Of a stretch of 64,000 nucleotides of DNA, positions 48,722 to 59,404 are shown in pieces. Position 1 is the stretch's first letter. The number at the start of each line of letters is the position of its first letter. A program made the translations under genes and the position numbers. The notes beneath the pieces were generated by a model. The model did no database searches, was not told the origin of the DNA, and worked only from the letters and a program-made list of their open reading frames with translations. Where the stretch lies: positions 6,693 to 70,692 of the IMG/VR virus record IMGVR_UViG_3300003937_000343; one strand, written 5' to 3'. The stretch comes from a virus.

Positions 48722-50295
48722 TGGCACAACAAATAAAAGAAGTAATTAAACAAGAGTATGTAAAATGTGCTCAAGATCCTGCATATTTTATGAAGAAGTA
48801 TTGTGTGATACAACATCCAATACAAGGTAAAATACCATTTTCTTTATATGATTTTCAGGAAAAGACTGTAAATGAATTTCAAGAAAATAGATTTAATATT
48901 ATCTTGAAGGCAAGACAACTTGGTATCAGTACATTAACTGCTGGATATTCTTTATGGTTGATGACATTTCATCAAGACAAGAATGTGTTGGTTATTGCTA
49001 CAAAACAAGAAGTTGCTAAAAACTTAGTAACAAAAGTTAGAGTGATGCACGCAAATCTACCGAGTTGGTTGAAACAAAAATGTGTAGAGGATAACAAGTT
49101 GAATCTACGATATATGAATGGTTCACAGATTAAGGCAGTTTCTTCAGGACCCGAAGCAGCTCGTTCAGAAGCATTATCATTATTGATATTGGACGAGGCA
49201 GCATTTATTGATAAGATTGATGAGATATGGACTGCTTCACAACAGACATTGACAACGGGTGGTAGTTGTATTGCACTCTCTACACCTAATGGTGTTGGTA
49301 ATTGGTTTCATAAACATTGGGTTGAGGCAGAAGAAGGCAGTGGAATGTTTAATTTTATTAAATTACATTGGACGGTTCATCCAGACAGAGAACAAGAGTG
49401 GAGAGATGAACAAGATACACTATTAGGAATACAGAGTGCAGCACAAGAATGTGATTGTGATTTTATAACTTCTGGTACTTCTGTTATTGATGCATTGATA
49501 TTAGATAAATGTAGAGAAACTCAAGTGAAAGAACCAATTGAAAAACGAGGGATTGATAGTAATTGTTGGATATGGGAACCGCCTAATTATACAAAAACTT
49601 ATGTGGTAACGGCAGATGTTGGTCGTGGTGATGCAGCAGACTATAGTGCATTTCATGTTATGGATGTAGAAAAAGTAGAACAAGTGGCAGAGTATAAAGG
49701 TAGGATTCCTACAAAAGATTTTGGTAATATGTTGGTTAGTATTGCAACAGAATATAACGATGCTTTACTAATTATAGAAAACAATAACATTGGTTGGGCA
49801 ACCATCCAACAAGTAATAGATAGGGATTATCCTAATCTATTTTATACGAGTAAAGATTTAAGATATATCGATATTGCTCATCAAATGAACAATCGATTTA
49901 GAAGTGAAGAAAAGAAAATGGTGGCTGGATTTTCAACCACTATGAAAACTCGACCTTTGATTATTGCAAAGTTAGAGGAATATTTTAGGGATGAATCAGT
50001 AGTGGTTCGTTCCAGTAGATTAATAGATGAATTATTTACATTTATTTATTTAAATAATAGAGCAGAAGCAATGAGAGGTTACAATGATGACTTGGTAATG
50101 TCTTTTGCTATAGGTTTATGGGTTCGTGATACTGCATTGAGATTACGAACAGAAGGAATTGAGTTAACAAAAAAAACACTTGATAGATTTCAAGATGTTG
50201 ATGGACTATACACTCCCGAAGACAATGATAATGGTGAATGGGAATGGGAAGTAGGCCACGAAAGAAAAAAAGAGTCTTTAAAATGGCTCTTATAA
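48721..50295 (+). CDS. Terminase large subunit (T4 gp17-like)
   Basis: LYDFQ, LKARQLGIST Walker A, LILDEAAF Walker B, STPNG, ADVGRGDAADYS, NDDLVMS. Confidence 0.95.
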   Translation: MAQQIKEVIKQEYVKCAQDPAYFMKKYCVIQHPIQGKIPFSLYDFQEKTVNEFQENRFNIILKARQLGISTLTAGYSLWLMTFHQDKNVLVIATKQEVAKNLVTKVRVMHANLPSWLKQKCVEDNKLNLRYMNGSQIKAVSSGPEAARSEALSLLILDEAAFIDKIDEIWTASQQTLTTGGSCIALSTPNGVGNWFHKHWVEAEEGSGMFNFIKLHWTVHPDREQEWRDEQDTLLGIQSAAQECDCDFITSGTSVIDALILDKCRETQVKEPIEKRGIDSNCWIWEPPNYTKTYVVTADVGRGDAADYSAFHVMDVEKVEQVAEYKGRIPTKDFGNMLVSIATEYNDALLIIENNNIGWATIQQVIDRDYPNLFYTSKDLRYIDIAHQMNNRFRSEEKKMVAGFSTTMKTRPLIIAKLEEYFRDESVVVRSSRLIDELFTFIYLNNRAEAMRGYNDDLVMSFAIGLWVRDTALRLRTEGIELTKKTLDRFQDVDGLYTPEDNDNGEWEWEVGHERKKESLKWLL

Positions 50296-50313
50296 CTAAC
50301 AAAGAGGTAAAAA

Positions 50314-52149
50314 ATGGCAGATAAATCATTATTTAGTAGATTACAACGATTATTTAGTACAAATGTAATTGTAAGAAATGTTGGTGGTAAGAAACTAAAA
50401 ATAGCCGATACAGAACAAGTTCAATCACAAGTGAAATCACATTTGGTTGATAGATATTCAAAACTACATAGTGGATTGGATATGGCGAATAGTGGATATT
50501 CCACATTTGCACAAATACAGGCTGCACGATTGGGTTTATTTAAAGATTATGAAACGATGGAGTCAGATTCAATTATTGCATCTGCACTCGATACTTATGC
50601 AGATGAATCAACAATGAAAAGTGCGTATGGAGAATCGTTAGAAATACAAAGTGATAATGATCAAATAAAACAAATACTACATAACTTATTCTATGACATT
50701 ATGAACATAGAATTTAATCTATGGCCGTGGGTAAGAAATATGTGTAAGTATGGAGACTTCTTTTTGTACTTAGATATTAGTGATAAGTATGGAATACACA
50801 ATGTAGTTCCAATGTCAGCTTATGAAATTCTTCGAGTAGAAGGCGAAGACCCAGAGAATCCTTATTATACTAAATTCTATTTAGAAGCAATGGAACAAGC
50901 ACATCCTTATTTTGCTCGTTCAACTACAAATAAAAAGATTGAATTTGAGAATTTCCAAATTGCTCACTTCAGATTAGCCAATGATAGTAATATGTTACCG
51001 TATGGTAAGTCAATGGTAGAAAGTGCTCGTAAAGTTTGGAAACAAATTACATTGATGGAAGATGCTATGTTGATTCACAGAATCATGAGAGCACCAGAGA
51101 AGAGAGTATTTAAAGTTGATATTGGAAACATTCCACCAAATGAAGTTGATAATTATATGCAACGAATAATCAACAAGATGAAGAAGACACCTTTTATGGA
51201 TGACAATACTGGTGATTATAATTTGAAATTTAACATACAGAATCTAACAGAAGATTTCTTTATGCCAGTTCGTGGTGGTGATAGTGGAACATCAATTGAA
51301 TCATTACCAGGAATGCAATATGAAACTACAGAAGACATTGAGTATTTAAAAAATCGTATGTTAGCAGCTTTAAGAATACCAAAAGCATTCTTAGGATATG
51401 AAGAAAGTCTTGGTAGTAAAGCAACACTTGCCGCAGAAGATGTTAGATTTGCAAGAACAATTGAGAGAATTCAAAGAATTGTAACAAGTGAATTGACGAA
51501 GATTGCAGTTGTTCATTTATACGCACAAGGATATACAGATGAAGAATTAGTAAACTTTGAATTGAAATTAACTAATCCATCTACAATTTATGAACAAGAG
51601 AAGATTGAATTGTGGAGTAATAAAGTTAATTTAGCTCGTGATGTAAAAGACAATAGTTTAATGTCAAGTGATTGGGTGTATAAAAATATTTTCAATTTTA
51701 CATCAAAAGAACAAGAACAACTTGAAAAAGAATTAGTGGATGATCAAAAAACTAAATTTAGATATTCACAAATAGAACAAGAAGGTAATGATCCTGCAGC
51801 TAGTGGTGATTCAGTTGGAACACCAAGTGATATGGCTGCAATTGGATTGGGAGCCGATGATGAGGCAGAACCACCTGAAACATTAGCAGGTTCTATCTTT
51901 GATGATGAAGGTGGGGCACCTGAAGGTGGATTTGAGGGTGCAGGAAGACCAAAAGAAGTAACTAAATATGGTAAAGATGGTAGTGCAAGAGGACGAGATC
52001 CACTTGGTAGACCAAAAATACCTATGGCTTTAGCTCATTTTGATAGATTAAAAAAATCTTTTGGGAGTAAAGCGAGAGAAATATTAAAAGAAACAATTGA
52101 AAGTGAAGAAATAGATAAAGAATATAAAGATTTTACGGAAGATAAATAA
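50314..52149 (+). CDS. Portal protein (T4 gp20-like)
   Basis: LMEDAMLIHRIMRAPEKRVFKVDIGN, EDFFMPVRGG, LRIPK, EDVRFARTI. Confidence 0.95.
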   Translation: MADKSLFSRLQRLFSTNVIVRNVGGKKLKIADTEQVQSQVKSHLVDRYSKLHSGLDMANSGYSTFAQIQAARLGLFKDYETMESDSIIASALDTYADESTMKSAYGESLEIQSDNDQIKQILHNLFYDIMNIEFNLWPWVRNMCKYGDFFLYLDISDKYGIHNVVPMSAYEILRVEGEDPENPYYTKFYLEAMEQAHPYFARSTTNKKIEFENFQIAHFRLANDSNMLPYGKSMVESARKVWKQITLMEDAMLIHRIMRAPEKRVFKVDIGNIPPNEVDNYMQRIINKMKKTPFMDDNTGDYNLKFNIQNLTEDFFMPVRGGDSGTSIESLPGMQYETTEDIEYLKNRMLAALRIPKAFLGYEESLGSKATLAAEDVRFARTIERIQRIVTSELTKIAVVHLYAQGYTDEELVNFELKLTNPSTIYEQEKIELWSNKVNLARDVKDNSLMSSDWVYKNIFNFTSKEQEQLEKELVDDQKTKFRYSQIEQEGNDPAASGDSVGTPSDMAAIGLGADDEAEPPETLAGSIFDDEGGAPEGGFEGAGRPKEVTKYGKDGSARGRDPLGRPKIPMALAHFDRLKKSFGSKAREILKETIESEEIDKEYKDFTEDK

Positions 52150-52208
52150 CGATTATTTGAAGTTTTTATATTTATTTATGTATAAACTTATCATGAATGG
52201 AGTGTTTG

Positions 52209-53081
52209 ATGAATTATAACAAGAAGCACAGTAAAATAAAAAATACTGGAATTCTTTTCGAATTGCTGACTCGCCAAATAACTGTTGATGTACTAAATGA
52301 TACAAAAGACAGTAAGGCAGTTAGTATTTTAAAAGAAACATTTAAACCAAATACAGAACTTGGTAAAGAGTATGAACTTTACAAGATTTTGTCAGAAAAG
52401 ACATATAAAACTACTGAGCAAGCAAATATTTTGCTTTCAGCAGTAATAAAAAGTCGTAGGCATTTATCAAATCGTAAATTACGAAATGAAAAATATAATT
52501 TGATTAAAACGGTTAAAGAAAGTTATAACGCTGCTGACTTTTTCAATACACGAATACCAGGATATAAACTTTTGGCTTCAATTTACAATGTATTTGAAGG
52601 TGAATCTTTAAAAGAGAAAATATCTCCTGTAGAAGAAACTGATAGTAAAGTAACAATTATAGAGAACATCACTAAAGTCAGACGCACTAAGAGGGTTAAA
52701 GATGGTGTTCAAGAGGACTTAAATAAACAAGATAAAGATTTAAGGTTGTTAACTTATCAACTATTGGTTGATAAATTCAACAAAAAGTACAGCACTCTAA
52801 ATGAAAATCAGAGAAATTTGCTTAAAGAGTATATAAATAATTTATCAAACACTAACTCTTTGCGCGAATTCATAGATACTGAAGTTATTAAAATTAAAAA
52901 AACCTTAAAATCACACTTACGAAAAGTTGATGATAAGATTACTAAAATTAAATTAACCGAAGCAATAACTCATACAGATACTGCAACAAAAGGAATTCAT
53001 GTAAAAGATTCTAATGTTGTTTCATTGATGAGATATTATGAATTGGTAGGGGAGTTAGATAATGTCCATAAAAATAAATAG
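52209..53081 (+). CDS. Head-module hypothetical protein
   Basis: Long ORF after the portal; TATATTTAT at 52167-52175. Confidence 0.7.
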   Translation: MNYNKKHSKIKNTGILFELLTRQITVDVLNDTKDSKAVSILKETFKPNTELGKEYELYKILSEKTYKTTEQANILLSAVIKSRRHLSNRKLRNEKYNLIKTVKESYNAADFFNTRIPGYKLLASIYNVFEGESLKEKISPVEETDSKVTIIENITKVRRTKRVKDGVQEDLNKQDKDLRLLTYQLLVDKFNKKYSTLNENQRNLLKEYINNLSNTNSLREFIDTEVIKIKKTLKSHLRKVDDKITKIKLTEAITHTDTATKGIHVKDSNVVSLMRYYELVGELDNVHKNK

Positions 53082-53670
53082 AAAAAAGTTTACGGAATTA
53101 CTTCGTACTTTAATTAAAAAAGAAATAAAAGAAGCCTCAACAACTGCAACCGCTGGTGGAGAATATGATACACCAAACGCATTTCAATCTAAAGGTAATG
53201 AAAAAAGAAAAAAGATTGCAAAGACAGGAACAGATTTTAAAGTTGTAGAGGGAAAGTGGGCAGTTACTGTTGATGGTGTAGGTAAAATTATTGTAGATGC
53301 ACAAGGTAAAGGACAAGCAAAAACAGTTGTTGCTAGAAGTTTGAAAAAAGGTATGAAGGGTATTACAAAAGTATCACGAGTACAAACTGCATTCGGTAAA
53401 CAACTTGATAAGAAAACCGAAATAAAAGAAGCTCGGTATACAAAATATCGTAACGATGAATCCTTAACACCAAAACAAAAGATTGGCCGTTCAATGAGAG
53501 AAGTTCGTAATTCATTAAGTGGATTAAGTAAGTTAATCGATATGAATGTTAAATTAAAAAATGAGTTAAAGATAGATTCAAAATCATATTGGAAGAACAC
53601 ACATAAAGCAATGAGTAAAATTTCAGAACGATTGGTTAAATTAGCTAATAAAGTTGGGAAATTACAATGA
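53062..53670 (+). CDS. Hypothetical head-associated protein
   Basis: Basic; internal IKE-A and VVE-G sites. Confidence 0.65.
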   Translation: MSIKINRKKFTELLRTLIKKEIKEASTTATAGGEYDTPNAFQSKGNEKRKKIAKTGTDFKVVEGKWAVTVDGVGKIIVDAQGKGQAKTVVARSLKKGMKGITKVSRVQTAFGKQLDKKTEIKEARYTKYRNDESLTPKQKIGRSMREVRNSLSGLSKLIDMNVKLKNELKIDSKSYWKNTHKAMSKISERLVKLANKVGKLQ

Positions 53671-54170
53671 AACAAAACGACAAATATTTAAAAGAAGGAC
53701 TTGATATTCTGAATAGAGACTTTGGTTCACCATTAGTTACTCTTGAAGATACAATGAAAGCTCACAAATTAAAAAAAGAAGGTGGGCCAGGAAGTGGACG
53801 ACCAACCAAAGATGGTTCAGCAAAAGATATCGAAAAGAAAGCTATGAAAGCTGCTGATGATGCAAACGCTAAAATGGACAGAGATGAAAAAGAAATGGAA
53901 CGAAAAGCTAAAGAACAGGCGTTCAAAGATATGGAAAACGAATCTATAACAGAAGGCCCCGATGATGTAAAATTTGCAAAAAGAGCTTTATCAAAAATAG
54001 TAAAAACTGAACAAAAATTTAGAAAACAAATGTATGATTTAGAACAAGTATTTCTTCAAGACCCCAATTCAACAAATAAGGCATTGGCTAAAGAAATAAA
54101 AAAGTCTTATAAATCTGGGGTAACAGCATATATGAGAGATAGTGTTCTAATGGTCAAGAGGATGAAATAA
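53667..54170 (+). CDS. Hypothetical head-associated protein
   Basis: LKE-G, GGPGSGRP, ITE-G. Confidence 0.65.
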   Translation: MKQNDKYLKEGLDILNRDFGSPLVTLEDTMKAHKLKKEGGPGSGRPTKDGSAKDIEKKAMKAADDANAKMDRDEKEMERKAKEQAFKDMENESITEGPDDVKFAKRALSKIVKTEQKFRKQMYDLEQVFLQDPNSTNKALAKEIKKSYKSGVTAYMRDSVLMVKRMK

Positions 54171-54171
54171 A

Positions 54172-54789
54172 ATGAGAGAACTATTAGTAGATTACATTCC
54201 GTTTGAAGTATCAAAGCACCAAGTTAACGAATCATTAAAAGAAAATGATGGTAAGTTGGTAGTTAAAGGAGTATTACAAAGGGCAGATGCAAAGAACCAA
54301 AATGGTAGAGTGTATCCGAAAGATATTTTAACAAGAGAAGCAAAGAATTACTCTGAGGGATATGTTAAACAAAAAAGAGCACTTGGTGAATTAGACCACC
54401 CAGATAGTTCAGTAGTAAATTTACAGAATGTATCTCACAATATTACTGAGATGCATTTTGAAGGTGATAATCTATTGGGAACAGTAGAAATATTAACTAC
54501 ACCAAGTGGAAATATTTTAAGAGAATTATTTAAAAATGGAATAAAATTAGGAATCAGTTCTCGTGGAATGGGTTCTGTAGAGGCAGTGCATGAAGATGAT
54601 AATGACCAACCAATGTTAAAGGTAGGGAAAGATTTTGAATTAATAGCATTTGACTTCGTATCAAATCCATCTACACACGGTGCATTTATGTATCCATTGA
54701 GTGAGAATGTTGATAAAACTCAAGGTAGAACTTGTGGTTCGTATTGTAAAGCTGAAGATATAATTAATAAAATAATCCGAGGCGAATAA
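54172..54789 (+). CDS. Prohead core protease (T4 gp21-like)
   Basis: KNQNGRVYP, ALGELDHP, VSH, GISSRGMGS, DFVSNPST. Confidence 0.92.
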   Translation: MRELLVDYIPFEVSKHQVNESLKENDGKLVVKGVLQRADAKNQNGRVYPKDILTREAKNYSEGYVKQKRALGELDHPDSSVVNLQNVSHNITEMHFEGDNLLGTVEILTTPSGNILRELFKNGIKLGISSRGMGSVEAVHEDDNDQPMLKVGKDFELIAFDFVSNPSTHGAFMYPLSENVDKTQGRTCGSYCKAEDIINKIIRGE

Positions 54790-54790
54790 C

Positions 54791-55969
54791 ATGCCTGCCA
54801 AATCTAAAGCCCAACAACGATTCATGGGAATGGTTCATGCGGTTCAGAAAGGTGAACTCTCACCATCCAAAGTTTCTGATAAAGTTAAAGATGTTGCCGA
54901 TAATATGTCTGATTCAGATGCAGAAGATTTTGCATCTACTAAACAAGGCAGCAAAAGAATTGGCAGATGAATATGATATCGGTAAAGTATTGTATGTATT
55001 TAGAACAAATCCAAGAGCGTTTGATAAAGCAATTAAAGATAAAATGAAAGAAATGAAAACATTTAATAAGGCTAAAAAATTAAAAGAAGCAGTCAAAGAC
55101 CCGAAACTTAAAGTTGGACAAAAGATTAGACACAAGAATGACCCACGAAAATTATATACATTGAAAAAAATTACACATGGTAATCGTGGAATACCTGAAG
55201 ACCCAGCAGGAACAAGTTATATGTTTGTTGCACCAGGTAATAGAAAAGAATTTCATACAAAGAAAACTTGGGCTCAAGCATTAAAGAAGAAATGGATTAT
55301 ACCTGAAGGTAAAAGAGCAACTAAAGGTTTTCAAAAAGCATTTAAAACTCGTAAATCATTTCTTGAAGCAATGTCAGACTTCAGAAAGAAGTTGGGTGAT
55401 ATGGGAACAGACCCAAAGATATTTAAATTAGAGGGTGAACTATATAAATTTGAAGTAGAGTTTCAAAAGAAATCAGCAAAACTATTTGATTTTATGAATA
55501 AACTTTCAAAGAGTCCTATAACTGAAGGTAAGATAAACGAAATAGATTATGAAAATGTATTTGCTGATATTGGTGATAAGTTACATTCTTTTCAAACAAA
55601 AGTTGTTAAACCAGGTATGAGAGTTTATAATAAAGGTAAAGCAAAATTTTATATGAGAGACCTTTATAAGAGTCTTGAAAAGTGTGTTGATTTATGTGAT
55701 ATGATGAATTTAGCGGCAAACGAATCAGTAAAAGAAGCTAAAATCTTTTCCGATGATTGGAATTTAACTAAAAGAGTAACATCAAATTTTATTAAACAGA
55801 ATCTTAAATCAGTAGACAATTCTATAAAAAAGAAAGATGGAGAAGGATTGATGATAAAGCACCAGATAATATAAAAGAAAAAATGAACAAAATGAATGAA
55901 AAAAGACTTTACATTGTAATTGGTAAAATGTGGAATAAGTTCGGTAAAAATGTGAGGTTAAGTTCATGA
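54791..55969 (+). pseudogene. Disrupted multidomain head-associated gene in three frame segments; N-terminus DUF3008-like
   Basis: MPAKSKAQQRFMGMVHAVQKG...FASTK (54791-54970). Continues in another frame from about 54945 to 55874. A third frame, 55850-55969, ends in an ATGA overlap with the next gene. Confidence 0.55.
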
Positions 55970-56955
55970 TAAAATTAAAAGATATAATTAAAGAATCAAA
56001 GGTATCGTATTTAACTGAAGCTTTTAAAAGTAAACTATTAAGAAAATTTTCTATGAATAATAGAGGTTCGTTGGACAGAGATTTATATAGTTACTTAGCA
56101 AAACAAGGTTTACAAGCAAGTAAGATTGAAGATAACCAAATTACAAAACAATCTAACTTACCTGGTAAGGGTGTTGCAATTGCAGTAGCAAGTAAGAAAG
56201 TAACTCTTCGAGCAAAAGGTAATAGATATTGGGAATCTAATTTAGAAATAGATAAGGGAACAATCGTAAGTGTATTCAAAGATGGTAAATCATTATGGTA
56301 TACAAAATCTTGGAGAAGTAAAGATATTCAAGTAAAAAATCCTACAGCTTGGGGTTCTGAAGATATGAAAACATTCGGTTTAAATAAATACGGATGGCAA
56401 AGTCCAGCATCAGTTAAAAAAATAGATGGTATTCAATTTTATAAAATTTCACTTGAAGAAGATTTACCTTACATGGGTGCTTCAAAATTAAGAAAATTAA
56501 GAGCAGATGTTAAAGATGGTTCTTGGACATGGAGAACTGATAAAGATTTTAAACAAGAAAATGAAAGAAGATATGAAGATGCATTAAAAAATATCTACAA
56601 TGACCCAGCAAAAGTAAAAAGTGTAATTATGAAAACAAAAGATTATGCTAATAAACTAATTGTTGGATTAGTGGGTGGTAAACCAAATGCACATTCTGAT
56701 AAAATAATGGCTGGTAAAAAGTTAGACCCTAAAGATGAGGGTGATGTAATGAGAGCATTAAGTGATATCACAACTGCTATGAATAAGTTTTATGAAAAGA
56801 TAGATTCTTATCATATGGATTTAAAAAGAGATATAGCAGATAAAAAGAGAGATCCTGATAATGAATATGTAGGATTCAACGCACAAAGCGTAGGAAAACA
56901 AATTGGTAGTATGTCCAATACTATTACTTCAGGTGCTTTCGCAAGGATTTGGTAA
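55966..56955 (+). CDS. Hypothetical protein with MIKL leader
   Basis: MIKLKDIIKE-SKVSYLTE-A. Confidence 0.7.
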   Translation: MIKLKDIIKESKVSYLTEAFKSKLLRKFSMNNRGSLDRDLYSYLAKQGLQASKIEDNQITKQSNLPGKGVAIAVASKKVTLRAKGNRYWESNLEIDKGTIVSVFKDGKSLWYTKSWRSKDIQVKNPTAWGSEDMKTFGLNKYGWQSPASVKKIDGIQFYKISLEEDLPYMGASKLRKLRADVKDGSWTWRTDKDFKQENERRYEDALKNIYNDPAKVKSVIMKTKDYANKLIVGLVGGKPNAHSDKIMAGKKLDPKDEGDVMRALSDITTAMNKFYEKIDSYHMDLKRDIADKKRDPDNEYVGFNAQSVGKQIGSMSNTITSGAFARIW

Positions 56956-56968
56956 AGAGGAAAATACA

Positions 56969-57223
56969 ATGAATTTAAAAGAAGAATTTAAACGAATAGG
57001 TGGTGGTAAAATAAATACCAAATCTCTCAACGAAGGTAGTACAGGCTGGAAACTTTATCGTGCAGCTAATATTGATTCTAAGTTGTGGAGAGAAATGAAA
57101 TATGATTTGAGAGACCAGTTTAATGAGTTAGTAAAGATTGGCCAAGATTATGGAGTGTTTCAAAACGCTCAAGGTACTTCAAAAGTGTTAAAACAAATTA
57201 AAAAACTAATGGATAAAATCTAA
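56969..57223 (+). CDS. Hypothetical protein
   Basis: GAGG SD; MNLKEEFKR...SLNE-G. Confidence 0.6.
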   Translation: MNLKEEFKRIGGGKINTKSLNEGSTGWKLYRAANIDSKLWREMKYDLRDQFNELVKIGQDYGVFQNAQGTSKVLKQIKKLMDKI

Positions 57224-57513
57224 TGATTAAATTAAAAAACATATTACAAGAAAAGAAAGAAGCTAGTAAAGTTAATATTGATAAACTTGCAAAGTTTACT
57301 GATAGGAATTATCATACAGAGGCTAGAATATTTCTTGCACAAATGTTGAGAAATAAAAAGTTAGTACAAATGTATGAACATCTTGATGCTCTACATATGT
57401 TTTTTAGGGATATCAATGATTTAAAAGATGCTCGTAATCGATTAGATAAGATGTTATTCAAACAAGCAGAAAAAGAATTTAGTAATTTTAAAGATATTAA
57501 TAGTGCATTCTAA
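57223..57513 (+). CDS. Hypothetical protein with MIKL leader
   Basis: MIKLKNILQE. Confidence 0.7.
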   Translation: MIKLKNILQEKKEASKVNIDKLAKFTDRNYHTEARIFLAQMLRNKKLVQMYEHLDALHMFFRDINDLKDARNRLDKMLFKQAEKEFSNFKDINSAF

Positions 57514-57830
57514 TGATTAAGTTAAAAGATTTAATAACAGAAGTAAAACCAGGCGATATATATAAAAATAGAGATGGAAGTATTGAACTTGTAGTACAAC
57601 AACTTAGACCTGGTAAATGGAACACAATTGATTTTGATTTAAAACCTATGATTGGAAATCCAAGAGTGGTTTCTATTGGAATGTCATTGGAAAAATTGAT
57701 GAAAAAACAAATAAAATTGAGTTCTGCAGAAAAAACTTTGGTGAAAAAAATATTGAAGAATCCTGAAGATAGAGATTATATAAAAAAAGATGGTTTGAAT
57801 CCAGATATTGCATTGAGATTAGTAAGATGA
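57513..57830 (+). CDS. Hypothetical protein with MIKL leader
   Basis: MIKLKDLITE. Confidence 0.7.
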   Translation: MIKLKDLITEVKPGDIYKNRDGSIELVVQQLRPGKWNTIDFDLKPMIGNPRVVSIGMSLEKLMKKQIKLSSAEKTLVKKILKNPEDRDYIKKDGLNPDIALRLVR

Positions 57831-58144
57831 TTAAACTAACCAACATATTAAATGAAATAGATAGTAAAAAAGCTATCGTATCTTTAAAGGGAGATTATCC
57901 TGGTTCAAAAGTTTATCAAGCAGTTGGTGATGGTAAAACTTCAGTAAAGGCTCAACAAACTAATAAAACTTGGGATGATGGGGCACCAATGACAAATAAA
58001 TTTGGACAAAAGAAAACATCAAAAGTACCAAGAGGTAAGTTTTGGGTATTGGATACTAAGAAGTTTTGGTATTATGAACTTAAAGGTGTGTGGAATGCAA
58101 TTAAGAAAAGTGAATATGGAACACCACCAGGATTTGAATTCTAA
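57827..58144 (+). CDS. Hypothetical protein with MIKL leader
   Basis: MIKLTNILNE. Confidence 0.7.
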   Translation: MIKLTNILNEIDSKKAIVSLKGDYPGSKVYQAVGDGKTSVKAQQTNKTWDDGAPMTNKFGQKKTSKVPRGKFWVLDTKKFWYYELKGVWNAIKKSEYGTPPGFEF

Positions 58145-58644
58145 TGATTAAGTTAAAAGAACTAATAAAAGAAGAAACAGTACACTCATGTGAATGTGGT
58201 GGAGATTGTTGTTCTGTAAATGAATCTAAAGGTATGGAGTTGGGTAAGATTTTTACTGGTCATGGTTTTGCATTTAAGAACGAAAATTTAGAAGATGAAA
58301 GTTGTGGTTACACCGATGAGATTGGTATAGATGAACCTGAAATAGAAGAATCTCTTTACAATGTATCCCAAGATATGAAAGATGGAAAGTTCGATGCGAA
58401 GAATCCACAAGTACATATATCAGGATATGGTGTAACAAATTTAAAGACATTACAAGATAGTTTATCACGAAAGTTTACAGACTTGGCTAAAAAAGCTAAA
58501 AAGGGTGATGTTGAAAATATCGAATACATACTGAAAAAGAATGGTGTTCTTATGGGATTTGTTGAGGCGTTAGTTGATGTAAATAAACAACTTAGAAGTC
58601 CACAGATGAAGAGAAAAATTACTATGTACAAGAGGAAAAGATAA
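58144..58644 (+). CDS. Hypothetical protein with MIKL leader
   Basis: MIKLKELIKE, then CECGGDCC. Confidence 0.7.
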   Translation: MIKLKELIKEETVHSCECGGDCCSVNESKGMELGKIFTGHGFAFKNENLEDESCGYTDEIGIDEPEIEESLYNVSQDMKDGKFDAKNPQVHISGYGVTNLKTLQDSLSRKFTDLAKKAKKGDVENIEYILKKNGVLMGFVEALVDVNKQLRSPQMKRKITMYKRKR

Positions 58645-59042
58645 TGAATCATAAGATGTGGGCACAATGGAAAGATTTTAGACTTGGTGAAGATTACGAT
58701 GAACCAGATGTTGTAGAACAATTAATTACAGAATTTGTTAAACAAGGTGTTGATGAGAAATTTACAGCACATAAATTACCTTATACAAGTACAGAAGCAC
58801 AACACCATGTGGAAACTGATATAAAAGAAATGGGTCAAATTTTTAATAAATCATCACAAAGAGCAGTTGCAATAATGTTAAGTGGTGTAAAGAATGATAA
58901 GTATGATGCAATGGATTTGATTCGTGGATTAAGTACAGGAAAGATTCAAACCAGCCATGGGGTTGGTGATATGTTAAAGATATTGTGGAGTAAAGTAGAA
59001 AAAAGATTTCGTAAGTATTTAGATGGTAAAAAACGCCGTTAA
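58644..59042 (+). CDS. Hypothetical protein
   Basis: TAATG-coupled ORF. Confidence 0.6.
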   Translation: MNHKMWAQWKDFRLGEDYDEPDVVEQLITEFVKQGVDEKFTAHKLPYTSTEAQHHVETDIKEMGQIFNKSSQRAVAIMLSGVKNDKYDAMDLIRGLSTGKIQTSHGVGDMLKILWSKVEKRFRKYLDGKKRR

Positions 59043-59073
59043 TGATATTTATAAATGAATTAGGAGATATAAA

Positions 59074-59403
59074 ATGGCAAGAACAGAACAAGATTATGTA
59101 AAAATAAGGTTAATAGAACCATTCGAACTGGTCGATTCATGGGGCGAAAATGCTACATGGATTGAATTTAGTAAGGATGTTCGAGAGAACCCAGGAAATC
59201 ATGAATTAAGAGAAACTCGTGATGAACCAAATGTAGGCGTACCTTATGAAGAGGTGCCTCCAGGTGATACACCAATAGTAGCTCTTTTGTTGAACAAAGT
59301 TTATGCTGGAGAGTGTACTGCTGAAGAAGAAAAACTCATTGATGACATAAATATTGATGAATTTGAATTGGATGACGGGAACACTGGAAGCGAGGAGATA
59401 TAA
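59074..59403 (+). CDS. Acidic hypothetical protein
   Basis: GATATTTAT at 59044-59052 and TAGGAG SD upstream. Confidence 0.65.
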   Translation: MARTEQDYVKIRLIEPFELVDSWGENATWIEFSKDVRENPGNHELRETRDEPNVGVPYEEVPPGDTPIVALLLNKVYAGECTAEEEKLIDDINIDEFELDDGNTGSEEI

Positions 59404-59404
59404 A

